NCBI GenBank assembly: GCA_034434755.1
Contig: DAOTYW010000229.1
Location: 1 to 34,709, forward strand
Length of the DNA stretch: 34,709 nt
DNA from: Anaerolineae bacterium
GTDB lineage: Bacteria > Chloroflexota > Anaerolineae > B4-G1 > DUEL01
Direction: 5' to 3'
Position 1 is the first letter of the stretch. Each line of letters starts with the position of its first letter. The position numbers were made by a program, and so were the translations under genes. Positions 31,833-34,709 of the stretch are shown piece by piece. Below the pieces are notes generated by a model. That model was not told the origin of the DNA, did not search any database, and worked only from the letters and a program-made list of their open reading frames with translations.

Positions 31833-31924
31833 CCTCAATCCGTAACTGCCTACTCTCCCGCAGGTTTGGGCGCAATCTCCGCCTAACCTGCGGGAGGGCA
31901 GGGAGTAGGTAGATACCTCAATCC
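31833..31924. mobile_element. 74-bp palindromic MITE-like element flanked by a perfect 9-bp direct duplication (CCTCAATCC)
   Basis: Direct repeats lie at 31833-31841 and 31916-31924. The element spans 31842-31915. It has imperfect terminal inverted repeats (CCTACTCTCCCGCAGGTT / AACCTGCGGGAGGGCAGGGAGTAGG). An internal 34-35-nt segment is about 88% identical to 6336-6369 in the opposite orientation. Confidence 0.5.
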
Positions 31925-32730
31925 ACAGGAATGCCAAACAGACGGGCTGCGTTGACGGTCGTGGCCTGCGCGATCGTCTCCGGCGCGGCAGCGCGGGTGC
32001 GGGCCACCGCTTCGGCCACGTAGCGCACGTAGGCCGGCTCGTTGCGCCGCCCGCGATGCGGCTCCGGGGTCAGGTACGGGCAATCGGTCTCCACCAGCAA
32101 CCGTTCCAGCGGCACCGCCGCCGCCACGGCGCGCAGCCGCCCGGCGTTGGCGAAGGTCACCGGCCCGGAGATGCCGATGGAAAAGCCCAGCGCCAGCACC
32201 TCCTCCAATCGCTCCGGCCCGGCGGAGTACGAATGCAGGACACCCACCCTCTGCTCCTCCGCTCCCGGCTCGCCAACCTCCAACTTCCAACCTCCAACCC
32301 ATTCATGCAGCACTGCCAACACGTCGTCGTGCGCCTCGCGGCTGTGGACGACCACCGGCAGTCCCCGTTCCGCCGCCAGAGCGAGCTGCTGCTCGAAGGC
32401 CCATCGCTGCGCTGGACGCGGCGAGAGGTCGCGATAGTAGTCCAGCCCGATCTCGCCGATGGCGACCACCTTGGGCTGGCGGGCCAGTTCGCGCAGCTCG
32501 TCCAGCAGGGCGGGGGTCACCGTTTTGGCGTCGTGCGGATGGACCCCCACGGCGGCGTAGATGAAATCGTGCTCGTGGGTCAGGGCCACGGCTGCGCGGC
32601 TGGAAGCCAGGTCCGTGCCGACGTTGAGAATGGCGACCACGCCCGCCTGGCGCGCGCGCCCGATCACGGCCGCCCGGTCGCGGCTGAACTGCGGGAAGTC
32701 GAGGTGGGCGTGGGAGTCGGTTAATCGCAT
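31918..32730 (-). CDS. tatD: TatD-family metal-dependent hydrolase/DNase
   Basis: 270 aa with the N-terminal DSHAHLD (HxH) motif and later His/Glu/Asp ligand positions typical of TatD/YabD. Confidence 0.9.
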   Translation of the reverse strand: MRLTDSHAHLDFPQFSRDRAAVIGRARQAGVVAILNVGTDLASSRAAVALTHEHDFIYAAVGVHPHDAKTVTPALLDELRELARQPKVVAIGEIGLDYYRDLSPRPAQRWAFEQQLALAAERGLPVVVHSREAHDDVLAVLHEWVGGWKLEVGEPGAEEQRVGVLHSYSAGPERLEEVLALGFSIGISGPVTFANAGRLRAVAAAVPLERLLVETDCPYLTPEPHRGRRNEPAYVRYVAEAVARTRAAAPETIAQATTVNAARLFGIPVD

Positions 32731-32859
32731 ATCGCGGATCGCTTATCGCATATCGCGTATCGCGGCATACTTGCCCACTTGCACACTTGCCCACTTGCAT
32801 ACTTGCCCACTTGCATACTTGCCCACTTGCATACTTGCCCACTTGCATACTTGCCCACT
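32724..32859. repeat. composite array: six heptamers ATCGCNN, then 11 octamers ACTTGC(C/A)(C/T)
   Basis: Heptamers occupy 32724-32765; the first contains the tatD start codon. Octamers occupy 32769-32856 as a 16-nt alternation ACTTGCCC/ACTTGCAT. The array ends 1-4 nt before the PGM stop codon at 32861. Confidence 0.9.
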
Positions 32860-32860
32860 C

Positions 32861-34282
32861 TTACGCCAACCCCGCCAGCCTCAGCCCCTCGTCCAGCAGC
32901 GGCTTGACCTTGCTCGCATCCGTCGTCTCGCAGTAGACGCGGACGATCGGCTCAGTGCCGGAGAAGCGGATGAGCAGCCAGCCGCCATCCTCCAGCACGT
33001 ACTTGTAGCCGTCCACGGTGACGATCTCGTTCACGCGCAGGCCGGCCAACTGCTCCGGGCGGGCCGCGTCCAGGCGGGCCCTGGCCTGCGGCCGCTTCTC
33101 CGGCGGGAAGCGGGTGTCCACGCGGTCGTAGTAGTAGGTCGCCCCCAGCTTCGCGTACAGATCGGCCAGCAGTTGGGAGGGCGACCTGCCAGTGCGCACC
33201 ATCAGGTCGAGGAAGTAGAGGTTGCCCAGGATGCCGTCGCGTTCGGGGACGTTGCCACGGAAGGCGTAGCCGCCGCTCTCCTCGCCGCCGATCATCGCAT
33301 CGGTCTCCAGCATCTTGGGGGCAACGTACTTGAAGCCGACGCCGGTCTGGTGCACCGGCACGTCGTAGAGCTGGCCCAGCTTCTCCAGCATCGAGGTGGT
33401 GGAGAGGGTCTTGACGATCGCCCCGCGCTCGCCGCGCACTTCCAGCAGGTAGTAAGCCAGCAGCGCGTAGACCTGGAGCTGGTTGACGAAGACGCCGTGC
33501 TCGTCGCCGATGCCCATGCGGTCGGCGTCGCCATCCATGATCAGACAGACGTCGGCGCCCAGTTCGACCGTTTTCCGCAGGCCGACGTTCACGTTCGGCG
33601 GGATCGGCTCCGGGCGGGCCATCTCCGGGAAGAGCGGGTTGGGCTCGTTGTGGATCTCGGTGACGCGGGTGCGTCCCCCGTCCATCAGGCGGGGGAACCA
33701 GCCGATGCCGTTGCCCCACATCGGTTCGACCAGCAGGTGCAGCCCGGCCTGACGGATGCGTTCGATATCCACCAGCCCGCCGATATGGGCGATGTAGGCG
33801 GGGGCGGGGTCCCAGACCCGGATGCGACCCTGCGATTGGGCCTGCTCGAAGTCACTGCGCAGCACGTGGACAGCGGACGGGATGGCGGCCTCGATTTCCA
33901 GTAGTTGGTCGGGGGCGATGGCCGCGCCGTGCTCGTCGCGCACCTTAAAGCCGGCGTCCCACGGCGGGTTATGGCTGGCGGTGATGTTGATGGCCGCGGC
34001 GGCTTTGCGCTCGACGACGGAATAGGAAATGACCGGCGTGGGTGCGGGTCCCTCGGTCAGCCAGACGCGGTAGCCGTTGGCGGCCATCACCTCGGCGGCA
34101 GCGATGGCGAAGTGGCGGGCAGCGAAACGGCGGTCGTGGCCCACCACCACGTCGCTGCCGGCCCGCCCGTGGGCGGCCATGTAGTGGGCAAAGCCCTGCG
34201 CGCAGCGACGCACGTTGTCGAATGTATAGTCCTCGGCGATCCGTCCGCGCCAGCCGTCGGTACCGAAAGTGATGTCACTCAT
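32861..34282 (-). CDS. phosphoglucomutase/phosphomannomutase family protein
   Basis: I chose ATG at 34282 ([13 protein letters not shown]), preceded by GAGGAG. The track extension is repeat-encoded. Phosphoserine loop TASHNP, Mg site DGDADR and sugar-binding GGEESGG. Confidence 0.9.
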   Translation of the reverse strand: MSDITFGTDGWRGRIAEDYTFDNVRRCAQGFAHYMAAHGRAGSDVVVGHDRRFAARHFAIAAAEVMAANGYRVWLTEGPAPTPVISYSVVERKAAAAINITASHNPPWDAGFKVRDEHGAAIAPDQLLEIEAAIPSAVHVLRSDFEQAQSQGRIRVWDPAPAYIAHIGGLVDIERIRQAGLHLLVEPMWGNGIGWFPRLMDGGRTRVTEIHNEPNPLFPEMARPEPIPPNVNVGLRKTVELGADVCLIMDGDADRMGIGDEHGVFVNQLQVYALLAYYLLEVRGERGAIVKTLSTTSMLEKLGQLYDVPVHQTGVGFKYVAPKMLETDAMIGGEESGGYAFRGNVPERDGILGNLYFLDLMVRTGRSPSQLLADLYAKLGATYYYDRVDTRFPPEKRPQARARLDAARPEQLAGLRVNEIVTVDGYKYVLEDGGWLLIRFSGTEPIVRVYCETTDASKVKPLLDEGLRLAGLA

Positions 34283-34295
34283 GGACTCCTCGCTT

Positions 34296-34356
34296 GTGTC
34301 GTGTTGCGTGTTGCGTGTTGCGTGTTGCGTAAACGGAACACGCAACACGCAACACG
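34296..34356. repeat. four direct GTGTTGC heptamers followed by three inverted copies; about 20-bp hairpin
   Basis: Direct copies occupy 34301-34328. The loop is around GTAAACG. Inverted GCAACAC-type copies occupy 34336-34356. It lies 2 nt downstream of the gmd stop. Confidence 0.85.
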
Positions 34357-34358
34357 TC

Positions 34359-34709
<351 letters not shown>

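Overview
High-GC (about 65% by eye) bacterial chromosomal segment, densely packed with housekeeping genes. Strong GGAGG-type ribosome binding sites, frequent GTG/TTG starts and the gene content suggest a Chloroflexota-like lineage, but that is inference only.

Gene layout:
- Plus strand, 1-2824: the 3' end of an MBL-like CDS, then leuS.
- Minus strand, 3231-23577, about 20 kb: an ECF sigma / anti-sigma / Toastrack lipoprotein / bactofilin-like membrane protein module; murE; an F0-only ATP synthase cluster (atpZ-like, atpB, atpE, and a subunit b fused to the delta C-terminal domain); a complex I operon with membrane-arm subunits only (nuoA-H-J-K-L-M-[mntA-hepT]-M'-N); glgP; and a membrane protein.
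- Plus strand, 23672-28100: a class A PBP, then infC-rpmI-rplT.
- Minus strand, 28268-34709: tmRNA (ssrA), GT4 and GT2 glycosyltransferases, a polyprenyl diphosphate synthase, tatD, a phosphogluco/mannomutase and the 3' part of gmd.

I see no CRISPR array, prophage, defence island or biosynthetic cluster, and I cannot point to a clear-cut new multi-gene system.

What stands out:
1. Almost every intergenic spacer longer than about 40 bp is filled with short tandem repeats of 7-9 bp period. They fall into several sequence families and often have inverted copies that form long hairpins. Some run into coding sequence or supply stop codons and C-terminal tails.
2. A 0.4-kb BIME/REP-like array of a 23-nt palindromic unit lies after leuS.
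3. A 74-bp palindromic MITE-like element is flanked by a perfect 9-bp direct duplication. That duplication copies the tatD stop / downstream SD junction. Two related copies lie elsewhere in the window.
4. The complex I membrane arm has two NuoM-type subunits, one of them divergent at proton-channel residues. NuoL is long, with an internally duplicated lateral helix. A lower-GC HEPN/MNT toxin-antitoxin pair sits between the two nuoM genes.
5. The ATP synthase b subunit carries only the C-terminal domain of delta.
6. infC has no canonical start codon and carries an acidic tail.

All family calls come from motif recognition by eye. No searches were run.
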